A model generated the notes under the pieces. It did not search any database, was not told the DNA's origin, and worked only from the letters and a program-made list of their open reading frames with translations. DNA of 42,390 nt, taken from contig CAZIGB010000001.1 of assembly GCA_964539005.1 (NCBI GenBank), forward strand, positions 1-42,390, in the 5' to 3' direction. Source of the stretch: an uncultured Gammaproteobacteria bacterium. Lineage in GTDB: Bacteria > Patescibacteriota > Patescibacteriia > Patescibacteriales > UBA12075. Of the stretch, positions 8,703 through 16,394 are shown one piece after another (positions within the stretch are counted from its first letter, which is position 1; each line of letters opens with the position of its first letter). The translations under genes were made by a program, and so were the position numbers.

Positions 8703-8731
8703 AAAAGAAAAAGCCGGACAATTATTCGGCT
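8703..8731 (-). promoter_or_regulatory. Terminator-like leader hairpin upstream of tRNA-Arg
   Basis: Minus strand reads agccgaa-taattg-tccggct followed by TTTTCTTTT. It lies just downstream of the predicted promoter and about 75 nt upstream of the tRNA. Confidence 0.4.
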
Positions 8732-8741
8732 CCATATGGAC

Positions 8742-8770
8742 ACTATAATAGATATAAGCCACAAAGTCAA
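8742..8770 (-). promoter_or_regulatory. Sigma70-like promoter for the tRNA-Arg/methyltransferase/tRNA-His unit
   Basis: Minus strand TTGACT (8770-8765), 17 nt spacer, TATAGT (8747-8742). Confidence 0.45.
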
Positions 8771-8784
8771 GCTGATCAGGACTC

Positions 8785-8813
8785 TTGCATTATTTTTTCA
8801 AAAATGTTATCGT
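8785..8813 (+). promoter_or_regulatory. Candidate rpsO promoter
   Basis: TTGCAT (8785-8790), 17 nt spacer, TATCGT with an upstream TG (tgttatcgt). Confidence 0.4.
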
Positions 8814-8837
8814 AAGCACGTTATATTATTAATATTG

Positions 8838-8879
8838 CCTTGGCTTGGATAAGGATTTGAAACCTTTTCTCGGCTAAGG
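8838..8879 (+). promoter_or_regulatory. rpsO leader hairpin that includes the Shine-Dalgarno
   Basis: ccttggc (8838-8844) pairs with gctaagg (8873-8879, one G-U). Inner helix aagg/cctt. The AAGGA RBS (8876-8880) is part of the 3' arm, 9 nt before the ATG at 8890. Confidence 0.4.
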
Positions 8880-8889
8880 AACGAAGTCT

Positions 8890-9276
8890 ATGATAGACAA
8901 GAAACTAAAACAGCGGATTATCAACCGCTTCAAGAAACATGATAATGACACTGGTTCGACCGAAGTTCAGATCGCTATTCTGACCGAGGAGATTAGCCAG
9001 CTCTCAGAGCACTTAAAGGCTCACAAGCAGGATCATTCATCTCGTCGTGGTCTCCTCAAGAAGGTTGGCGAACGTCGTCGTCTGCTCAAATATCTGCAGA
9101 AGGAAAATGAGGAATCATTCCAGGATGTGGCCAAGAAGCTCAAACTCAAGATTGCCAAGAAAATGATCGAGGACGAAGAAGAAAAGAAGCGAAAAGAAGA
9201 AGCTTTGCTCGCGCTCGAAAATGCAAAGCACGAAGATGAGGAAGAAGACGAAGTGGAGGAAAAAGATAAGGAATAA
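8890..9276 (+). CDS. rpsO: 30S ribosomal protein S15 with about 40-aa acidic/Lys-rich C-terminal extension
   Basis: 128 aa. The core [49 protein letters not shown] is canonical S15. The tail is [12 protein letters not shown]...[15 protein letters not shown]. Confidence 0.92.
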   Translation: MIDKKLKQRIINRFKKHDNDTGSTEVQIAILTEEISQLSEHLKAHKQDHSSRRGLLKKVGERRRLLKYLQKENEESFQDVAKKLKLKIAKKMIEDEEEKKRKEEALLALENAKHEDEEEDEVEEKDKE

Positions 9277-9291
9277 AAACTCAAACTTTTT

Positions 9292-9789
9292 ATGATAAAA
9301 CACAAGGAGCAGAGAGTGGGCATATTGGTAGATGTTTCAAACATGTATCATTCGGCCAAGAATCTGTATAACAAGAAAGTCAATTTCCGGGAGGTCTTGG
9401 AATCAGCCGTGGCTGGTCGCAAGCTGATCCGTGCGACTGCCTATGCAGTACGGACCGAGAGTGAAGAAGAAACACCTTTTTTCGAGGCTTTGAGCCAGCA
9501 AGGCTTCGAAGTCAAGATGAAGGATCTCCAGGTATTTGCCGGCGGAGCCAAGAAAGCCGATTGGGATGTCGGTATTGCCATGGATGCGATCAAGCTCGGC
9601 GATAAGCTGGATGTGGTCGTGCTCGTGTCGGGTGACGGAGATTATCTGCCGATGGTCTCCTACCTCCAGAATACGAAAGGATGCCTGGTCGAGGTGGTGG
9701 GTTTCCGCCAGACTACCTCGAGCGCTTTGATCGAAGCAGCGGACGACTTTCTTAATCTGAGCGAAGATAGAAAATTCTTATTGAGATAG
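9292..9789 (+). CDS. NYN-domain (LabA/DUF88-like, PIN-like fold) putative ribonuclease
   Basis: 165 aa with motifs VGILVDVSNMYHSAK and VVLVSGDGDY. The true start may be GTG 9316, which has AAGGAG 6 nt upstream. Confidence 0.7.
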   Translation: MIKHKEQRVGILVDVSNMYHSAKNLYNKKVNFREVLESAVAGRKLIRATAYAVRTESEEETPFFEALSQQGFEVKMKDLQVFAGGAKKADWDVGIAMDAIKLGDKLDVVVLVSGDGDYLPMVSYLQNTKGCLVEVVGFRQTTSSALIEAADDFLNLSEDRKFLLR

Positions 9790-9797
9790 CATGACGA

Positions 9798-9818
9798 GGG
9801 GAGGCTTAGCGCCTCCCC
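9798..9818 (+). promoter_or_regulatory. GC-rich hairpin after the NYN gene (terminator/processing site without a strong U-tract)
   Basis: ggggaggc-ttagc-gcctcccc (8 bp), followed by ttctgattg. Confidence 0.5.
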
Positions 9819-9883
9819 TTCTGATTGTGTGTCGAGCTCTGGGTGTTGATAGTCCTCGCGCCTAGGTCTTAATTCATAATCGA

Positions 9884-9943
9884 CTGGTCTTCGGATATTG
9901 AGAACTGTAGTCGATGGCTACAAGTCTTTAATCTGAAGACCAG
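9884..9943 (+). promoter_or_regulatory. Long imperfect hairpin in the pnp 5' leader
   Basis: ctggtcttcggat (9884-9896) pairs with atctgaagaccag (9931-9943): 13 bp with one G-U. The inner helix actgtag/ctaca(a)agt extends it. A competing 7-bp pairing exists between atcgact (9879-9885) and agtcgat (9909-9915). Confidence 0.5.
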
Positions 9944-9993
9944 CATAAAAAGGCTGTTTTTATTTTTGGACAAAGGCAGCCCTTGACAAATCT

Positions 9994-12279
9994 ATGACCA
10001 AGAAAGATCAAGAATTCTCAACTCTTTGGCATGGACGCACTTTGACCTTGCGCACCGGCCTGCTCGCGAAACAAGCAGATGCAGCCGTGATCGCGCAATA
10101 CGGCGATACGGTCGTGCTTGCGACAGTGGTCCAGGGCAAGGAGGACCGGGAGGGGATAGACTATTTTCCGCTCATGGTTGATTTTGAGGAAAGGCTTTAT
10201 GCCGCCGGAATCATCAAAGGCTCTCGTTGGGTCAAACGTGAAGGACGACCGACCGAAGAGTCTATCCTTTCCGGACGCATGATCGATCGTTCGGTGCGGC
10301 CGCTCTTTGATGATAGTTCTCGCAAGGAAGTACAGCTCGTTTTGACGGTATTTTCCGTAGATCAGGAAAATGATCACGACGTGGTCGCTATGGTAGCTGC
10401 CTCGGCGGCTCTTTCGATCGCGGGTGTAAAATGGGACGGTCCGATCGGCGGTATCCGGGTCGGTCGCAAGGATGGCCAACTCATCTTTAACCCGACTTAT
10501 GCAGATAGGGCTGAGAGTGATCTCGATCTCATCGTCTCTGGTACGGAGAAGCGGACGCTAATGATCGAAGCGGGTGCCAATGAGGTGAGCGAGGCTGATA
10601 TGTACGAGGCAATCCTGGCTGGACAGCGCGAAATGTTGCCAGCTATCGAGCTGGTCAAAGAGCTCAAGCGGACAGTGGGCGTAAAAACGCATACGGAAAA
10701 AGAAGTCAGAAAGAGTGTCGATGATCAGGAGAAGGATAAACAGAAAGAGGAAGTCATCAATAAGGCAGAAGCTTGGCTCAAGCAGAACGTTAATCAGACA
10801 TTGTTCAATAAGGAGTATTATACTAAAGGCGAGCGAAAATTGGCAGTATCTGCGATCAAGGAAAATCTGGATGAATATCTTTTTAGCGAGGGCTACGGCA
10901 AGGACATGCGTTCATATGCTATCGGTCGGACAGCGGAAAAGGCGATTGACGCTGAGGTAACCAGAGAGATTCTCGAGAATGATCGTCGGGTGGACGGTCG
11001 TGGCATCACTGAGATCCGCGCTCTCACGGCTGATGTGAACGTGTTGCCTCGTAACCATGGCGCTGGTCTTTTCTCTCGTGGAGAAACTCAGGTGATGTCG
11101 ATCGTAACCTTAGGCTCAGCTGGCATGGCGCAGACCCTTGAAGGCATCGAAGGCACGGGCACGAAGCGCTACATGCACCACTATAATTTTCCGTCGTTTT
11201 CGGTCGGCGAGGCTCGTCCGAACCGCGGTCCGTCTAGGCGTGATATCGGGCACGGAGCGCTCGCTGAGAAAGCGCTTGATCCGATGATCCCAGCCAAGGA
11301 AGACTTTCCTTATACTATCCGCGTGGTATCCGAAACTCTCGGATCGAACGGCTCCTCCTCGATGGGGGCGACTTGCGCCTCGACTCTGGCCCTGATGCAC
11401 GCTGGTGTGCCGATCCGTAAGCCAGTGGCCGGAATCGCTATCGGTCTTGCTTCGAATGAAGACATGAGCAAGTGGAAAGTAATCACTGATATCCAGGACT
11501 TGGAAGACGGCAAGGGGGGAATGGATTTCAAGGTGGCTGGCTCGGCTGATGGCATCACGGCTATCCAGCTTGACACTAAAACTATCGGCTTGACAGCGGA
11601 GATAGTCAAGGAGGCTTTACGCCAAGCAAAAGAGGCGCGGATGAAAATATTGACAGTCATGCTCGAAGAGATTCCGGAGCCAAATAAAGAATTATCTCCT
11701 TATGCGCCGCGGATTGTCAGCTTCCATATCAATCCTGATAAAATCCGGGAAGTTATCGGTACCGGAGGCAAAGTTATTAATGAGATTATTGCCGCTTGCG
11801 ATGTTCAGATCGATATCGAAGATGACGGCTTTGTCATGGTCTGCGGTGTCAATGCGGATAACACGGCTAAAGCCGTGAGCTGGATCAAGGACATTGTCCG
11901 AGAGATCGAAGCGGGTGAGGTTTTTACCGGCAAGGTAGTGCGGATGCTTGATTTCGGCGCCTTTGTCGAGCTTCTTCCCGGTCGGGATGGGATGGTCCAT
12001 GTGAGCGAGCTTGCTCCTTATCGGATCGGAAAACCGTCTGATCTGATCAGTGAAGGCGATACCGTAACGGTTCGCGTGAAAGAAATAGATGATCAGGGCC
12101 GGGTAAATCTGACTATGAAGGGACAGCCGGAAAATGAGCATCTCTGGAAAGATGAAAAAGGAAAGCAGCAAGGCGGGGGATTTGGCGGCGATCGTGGCGG
12201 TAGTAATGGGGGAAGATTTAATGATCGTCGACCAGGTGCCCAGAGAGATAGAGGCCCAAGACCGCCGATGAATAGATAG
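9994..12279 (+). CDS. pnp: Polynucleotide phosphorylase with Gly/Arg-rich C-terminal tail
   Basis: 761 aa. Two RNase PH-like cores, KH (IREVIGTGGKVINEI) and S1 (GKVVRMLDFGAFVEL). The tail reads GGGFGGDRGGSNGGRFNDRRPGAQRDRGPRPP. Confidence 0.95.
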   Translation: MTKKDQEFSTLWHGRTLTLRTGLLAKQADAAVIAQYGDTVVLATVVQGKEDREGIDYFPLMVDFEERLYAAGIIKGSRWVKREGRPTEESILSGRMIDRSVRPLFDDSSRKEVQLVLTVFSVDQENDHDVVAMVAASAALSIAGVKWDGPIGGIRVGRKDGQLIFNPTYADRAESDLDLIVSGTEKRTLMIEAGANEVSEADMYEAILAGQREMLPAIELVKELKRTVGVKTHTEKEVRKSVDDQEKDKQKEEVINKAEAWLKQNVNQTLFNKEYYTKGERKLAVSAIKENLDEYLFSEGYGKDMRSYAIGRTAEKAIDAEVTREILENDRRVDGRGITEIRALTADVNVLPRNHGAGLFSRGETQVMSIVTLGSAGMAQTLEGIEGTGTKRYMHHYNFPSFSVGEARPNRGPSRRDIGHGALAEKALDPMIPAKEDFPYTIRVVSETLGSNGSSSMGATCASTLALMHAGVPIRKPVAGIAIGLASNEDMSKWKVITDIQDLEDGKGGMDFKVAGSADGITAIQLDTKTIGLTAEIVKEALRQAKEARMKILTVMLEEIPEPNKELSPYAPRIVSFHINPDKIREVIGTGGKVINEIIAACDVQIDIEDDGFVMVCGVNADNTAKAVSWIKDIVREIEAGEVFTGKVVRMLDFGAFVELLPGRDGMVHVSELAPYRIGKPSDLISEGDTVTVRVKEIDDQGRVNLTMKGQPENEHLWKDEKGKQQGGGFGGDRGGSNGGRFNDRRPGAQRDRGPRPPMNR

Positions 12280-12293
12280 AAAAAAGAAGCAAT

Positions 12294-12326
12294 AAAAAAA
12301 GAACACCGGAAGGTGTTCTTTTTTTT
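12294..12326. terminator. Bidirectional intrinsic terminator (pnp / glgA convergent)
   Basis: aaaaaaa-gaacacc-ggaa-ggtgttc-tttttttt. Confidence 0.85.
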
Positions 12327-12331
12327 GAGAT

Positions 12332-13804
12332 TTAGTCTTTTTTCAGGACTTTTTCGTAAAGAGAAAGATATTCAAGGGCTGATCTGTCCCAAGAAAAATC
12401 TTTTAGCATGCAATTGCGCATGAGTTTTTTCCAGTCTTTGGTCTGGCTAAAGTAGACATCGATGGCTGTTTCAAGAGTCTGTAACAAGGCTTCGCTATCT
12501 ATCTTTTCAAAAGTAAAGCCATTGGCCTGTTCTAGGTTATTAAAAACGAAGCCGCCTGCTTGTCTCTCGAATTCAGTATTTATGACAGTGTCTTTTAGTC
12601 CTCCGGTAGAACGCACAAGCGGGACAGCGCCGTAGCGCATGGCGATCATCTGGCCGAGGCCACAGGGCTCGAATCGGGATGGCATCATGAAGATATCGCA
12701 AGCAGCGTAGATCCGTCTGGCCAGAGCTTCATCGAACTGGGAAACAAAGGCAATCCTGTCCGGGTGTCGGTCGGCTAATATGCGTAAGGTATCTTCGTAT
12801 TTTTTTTCGCCTTCACCCAGGATAACAAAATAACAATCAAGCTCGGCGAATCTTTCTGTAATTAGATCAAGTCCCTTTTGCCAGGTGAGACGGCTGATGA
12901 TGGCGACGATTGGCCGCTTGCGATCCGGTTTTAGGCCTAACTCTTTTTCTAGCGCGCTACGGCAACTTATTTTTCCTTTTAGCTCATTGGCGGAAAAATT
13001 CTTGACTAAGTATTTGTCAGTAGCGGGATCATAGGAATCGATGTCGATGCCATTCAGGATGCCAAATAGATCATCGCTTCTTTTTTTGATAATTCTTTCT
13101 AAGCCGGCGCCGTAAATCTCTGTTTTTATCTCTTTGGCATAGTTCGGACTGACTGTGCTGACAAGATCGGCATTCAAGATTCCTTGAACCATGAAATTGA
13201 TGTCACCGTTCTGCGCGTCTTTACTCAGTGTCTTCAGGGATTCGGGGTTAAGATTGCCGGTCGAAAGCACTTGGGGCGTGGTTTTGCCTTGGTAGCTGAA
13301 ATTGTGGATGGTATATATGGTCTTAATCTTTTCTAAACCGGGAATACCTTTGGCTTTTATGAGATCAGGAATCAGAGCTGTGTGAAAATCGTGACAATGG
13401 ATGATATCTGGGTGGAAGCCGATGTCATTAAGGAGACTAAGCGTGGCCAGAGAAAAAAAGAGAAAACGTTCGGAATTATCATTGTTTACATAGACGCTTT
13501 GAAAGCGGAAATAATCAGGGGCTTCTAAAAAATAGACCACAACATCGGATCCGGGTAATTTGCCTTGCCAGACAGAACAGGCGATATCGAGGCGTCCTGA
13601 ACGGACGGCTTTGTCTCTCATGATCCGCTTTAGATCGTGTTTTTTTGGATCAATAGAGCCATAGAGAGGCATGATAAGGCGGACATCTGGTCCTAGCTTT
13701 TTGATTGCTGGCGGCAGGCTTGATAAGACGTCGGCTAGGCCGCCAACCTTGGCAAAGGGGGCGGCTTCGGCCGTGGCCATAAGGATTTTCAGTTTGTTTT
13801 TCAT
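12332..13804 (-). CDS. glgA: Glycogen/starch synthase (GT5), paralog 1
   Basis: 490 aa. N-terminal KVGGLADV motif. Overall GlgA layout, including the C-terminal PSRFEPCGLGQM block. Confidence 0.88.
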   Translation of the reverse strand: MKNKLKILMATAEAAPFAKVGGLADVLSSLPPAIKKLGPDVRLIMPLYGSIDPKKHDLKRIMRDKAVRSGRLDIACSVWQGKLPGSDVVVYFLEAPDYFRFQSVYVNNDNSERFLFFSLATLSLLNDIGFHPDIIHCHDFHTALIPDLIKAKGIPGLEKIKTIYTIHNFSYQGKTTPQVLSTGNLNPESLKTLSKDAQNGDINFMVQGILNADLVSTVSPNYAKEIKTEIYGAGLERIIKKRSDDLFGILNGIDIDSYDPATDKYLVKNFSANELKGKISCRSALEKELGLKPDRKRPIVAIISRLTWQKGLDLITERFAELDCYFVILGEGEKKYEDTLRILADRHPDRIAFVSQFDEALARRIYAACDIFMMPSRFEPCGLGQMIAMRYGAVPLVRSTGGLKDTVINTEFERQAGGFVFNNLEQANGFTFEKIDSEALLQTLETAIDVYFSQTKDWKKLMRNCMLKDFSWDRSALEYLSLYEKVLKKD

Positions 13805-13809
13805 TTGAT

Positions 13810-14388
13810 TTATGCAGAATATTCTTCGCCGATAAAGGCCATGATTTTTTTGACCAGGGTCTGGTCGGGCAGGATATTCGTATCTATGATCAGATTCTTG
13901 AGAGAGGATCTTTTTAGCTCACGTTCGTATTCGTCTTGTTGGGCAATGTACCAGGCTGGGGAACGAAGAATTTTTTCGTAATGAGGGTAGAGATTTAGGC
14001 GGTCCTTAATCCTTTGTTTGAGAACAGCTTCTTCGCGCGGGAAGCGGACTAAAATAATTCGGAAGTCAAGTTCAAGAAGTTCTCTCTCGAGCGCGATATA
14101 GTCAGGTTCGCGACCGAAATGGAGCCGATTGTAGACTATATCGGATAAATGAAATTTCTCGATGAGCAGATTCTTGCTGCTGAGCTCTTTGAAAATATTG
14201 AGATAATGGCCGATTATCGGACGACCGTGCTCAGTGCCGAAAATACCGACATCGCAGTTGAACCAATGGCAGCCATCAAGGAGGACTTTATTCTGATTGT
14301 AGCGGGCTTCGAGCTGGTCATAGACTTGTGACATGAGCCAGCTTTTGCCAGCTAGTTCAGCCCCTTCAAATATCAAGTGATTGGCCAT
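13810..14388 (-). CDS. P-loop kinase-like protein (deoxynucleoside/thymidylate kinase-like)
   Basis: 192 aa. Walker A FEGAELAGKS. The HLSDIVYNRL segment resembles the dNK ERS/DRS region. Lies 5 nt upstream of glgA paralog 1. Confidence 0.5.
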   Translation of the reverse strand: MANHLIFEGAELAGKSWLMSQVYDQLEARYNQNKVLLDGCHWFNCDVGIFGTEHGRPIIGHYLNIFKELSSKNLLIEKFHLSDIVYNRLHFGREPDYIALERELLELDFRIILVRFPREEAVLKQRIKDRLNLYPHYEKILRSPAWYIAQQDEYERELKRSSLKNLIIDTNILPDQTLVKKIMAFIGEEYSA

Positions 14389-14440
14389 AAAATCTTTTTG
14401 TCATTATACCACAAGACGCTCTGTCTTGCATCAGGCATAT

Positions 14441-14469
14441 AAAAACAGGCTCCGAAGAGCCTGTTTTTG
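14441..14469 (-). terminator. Intrinsic terminator after the PHP gene (bidirectional shape)
   Basis: aaaaa-caggctc-cgaa-gagcctg-ttttt, immediately 3' of the stop at 14471. Confidence 0.8.
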
Positions 14470-14470
14470 A

Positions 14471-15337
14471 TCAGGAGATGATTTTTTCGATGCCGTTCAA
14501 GTGCTCTGAGTCGATCCGGAAATAGTCCCAGGATCTTTGCAGTAGAAAGCCGTTTCCTTCAATCTTGTGGAAATCCGAGCCGCCTGTTTCAATAAAGCCG
14601 TATTCACGAGCTAAATGTTGGATATACATGATCGCTCCGTAGGAATGATGGGGGGAAAGGACTTCGATACCATCAAAGCCGATCTGTTTCAATTTTTGCC
14701 AAAGCTTGCGGTTGATATAGGATGATTTGGCTGGATGACAGAGGATGATTTGACCGCCGATTTTTTTGCGGAGCTCGAGAACCCGTCTGATGTCTATGTG
14801 GCTATTTTTGAGCATTGGCAAACTTTTTTTGTTGTGGAAGTATTCACTGATAATGTCATTTTCGCGCGGGTTTTTGGTATCGAGTTGCTTTTGGATTAGT
14901 TTGAAGTTGTGAGGTGTGGCCACTATATCATCGATTACCCGATTGACTGGAACATAGTGGTTGTATTTGTCGATTATGCGGTCGATGTCAATCTTGAATC
15001 CTTGATCTATCATCCGGGCAAGGATGCGGCGCATCTGCTGGCGGCGTCTTTGTTGGCTAAGGCGCAAAAGATCGTGCAGACGCGGATCAGTCTCGTCAAA
15101 GTTATACCAAAGGACATTGAATTTGTGGCTGCCCAGAGTTGCATACAGTTCTATGCCTGTGATTGTTTTTATTTTTAACTTTTCGCAGGCCTTGCGGAAT
15201 TCATAGGTTCCGCGGACAGTATTGTGATCGGTCAGGGCAGCAACTTTTACGCTTTGTTTATGGATGAATTCGGCTAATTCGGTCGGACTGAGATAGCCGT
15301 CAGAATAGGTGGAATGCAATTGGAGGTCGATACGCAT
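14471..15337 (-). CDS. PHP-domain metal-dependent phosphoesterase (TrpH/YciV-like)
   Basis: 288 aa. N-terminus MRIDLQLHSTYSDGYLSP...ALTDHNTVRG is the PHP His/Asp signature. Confidence 0.8.
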   Translation of the reverse strand: MRIDLQLHSTYSDGYLSPTELAEFIHKQSVKVAALTDHNTVRGTYEFRKACEKLKIKTITGIELYATLGSHKFNVLWYNFDETDPRLHDLLRLSQQRRRQQMRRILARMIDQGFKIDIDRIIDKYNHYVPVNRVIDDIVATPHNFKLIQKQLDTKNPRENDIISEYFHNKKSLPMLKNSHIDIRRVLELRKKIGGQIILCHPAKSSYINRKLWQKLKQIGFDGIEVLSPHHSYGAIMYIQHLAREYGFIETGGSDFHKIEGNGFLLQRSWDYFRIDSEHLNGIEKIIS

Positions 15338-15359
15338 AGGCTTGGGATAATTTTTATAT

Positions 15360-16388
15360 TTAGAGTTTGATGTTTAGATCCTGGCTGACTAGGCGCATGA
15401 GCTCTTCGGCGCGCAAGGGTTCTGGATCAATTTTGAGCAAGAAGTGGGTAGCGGTTCTCATGTTGGTCCAATTGTGATAGAGCTTGATCCGGGCTAGAAT
15501 TTCTGGAGAATCAAGATTGATGCCGGTGATCCGGGAATATTCAGACAGGAAAAGACGGCACATGCGGTCACTGAAAGTTTGGTCATTGATCTTGCGGCCG
15601 ATCATGTAAGCGGTCTGCTGGGTGAAGGAGCCGAGGTCGCGGGCAAAATCAGATAGCGATAGATCCGTAAAATCGATGAGGGCGATCTTGTCCGAGCTCA
15701 TTCGGATGATGTTTTCCGGATGGGCATCACCGTGAACGAGCCAGCGCTCTTGTCCTGGTGTAAAGAAGGATTTTTCGTGAGTTAGGAAGATGTTGTAAGC
15801 TTCTTGGTAAAAGGAGAAGTAATCCGGGTGTTCGTTCTTGATCCGGTCTAGGATGTGGATTACGCCTGGATTGATCGTTTTTATGCGCGCATAATGCTTG
15901 TCTGGTTGGAAGCTGGGGTCAGGAAATATACTGTGAAGTTTTGCAAAAAGACCGGCTGTCCTGGGTATCATCTCTTCGATTATTTCTCGATCGTTTTTTC
16001 GGATGTAATAATAGAGATTACGACCTTCTACGCCGCGATAGAAAGTGCCTTTGAAATAAGGAGAATAAAACAGTGGATGAGGAATGGAGAGGTTACCGGA
16101 AGAGAAGCCTTGGCGCCAGAGAAAGTCCAAGGATTTAAAAACACATTTGCGAGATTCGTTGCTGTGGGCAGTACAGAAGATGGGCAAGGTGTGATGAGTG
16201 CCGTCATGCGCGAGAAAACTAGCTTCGAATTCAAAGACAACATGGTAAGTTGTTTCCCAGATCAGTTTTTTGTGCGGGATGATCCGGATTTTTTCTATTG
16301 TTCGAAAGTCTGGATAGAGGGGGAGAAGTTTTTTGCGAAGATAATCAGTGACGTATTTTTCGTCGAGCAGTTTGCGGATTTTGTTCAT
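15360..16388 (-). CDS. APH/ChoK-fold phosphotransferase (kinase), substrate unknown
   Basis: 342 aa. Catalytic loop HGDAHPENI and metal-binding LIDFTD. Confidence 0.75.
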   Translation of the reverse strand: MNKIRKLLDEKYVTDYLRKKLLPLYPDFRTIEKIRIIPHKKLIWETTYHVVFEFEASFLAHDGTHHTLPIFCTAHSNESRKCVFKSLDFLWRQGFSSGNLSIPHPLFYSPYFKGTFYRGVEGRNLYYYIRKNDREIIEEMIPRTAGLFAKLHSIFPDPSFQPDKHYARIKTINPGVIHILDRIKNEHPDYFSFYQEAYNIFLTHEKSFFTPGQERWLVHGDAHPENIIRMSSDKIALIDFTDLSLSDFARDLGSFTQQTAYMIGRKINDQTFSDRMCRLFLSEYSRITGINLDSPEILARIKLYHNWTNMRTATHFLLKIDPEPLRAEELMRLVSQDLNIKL

Positions 16389-16394
16389 AGAAGT

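Noticed and set aside
11692-12306. 204-aa ORF antisense to pnp (similar cases: 15855-16466 and 17892-18548, antisense to the kinase/GH57 genes and glgA2)
   Set aside because: These are shadow ORFs opposite genes with strong family signatures. They have no RBS and no recognisable motifs.
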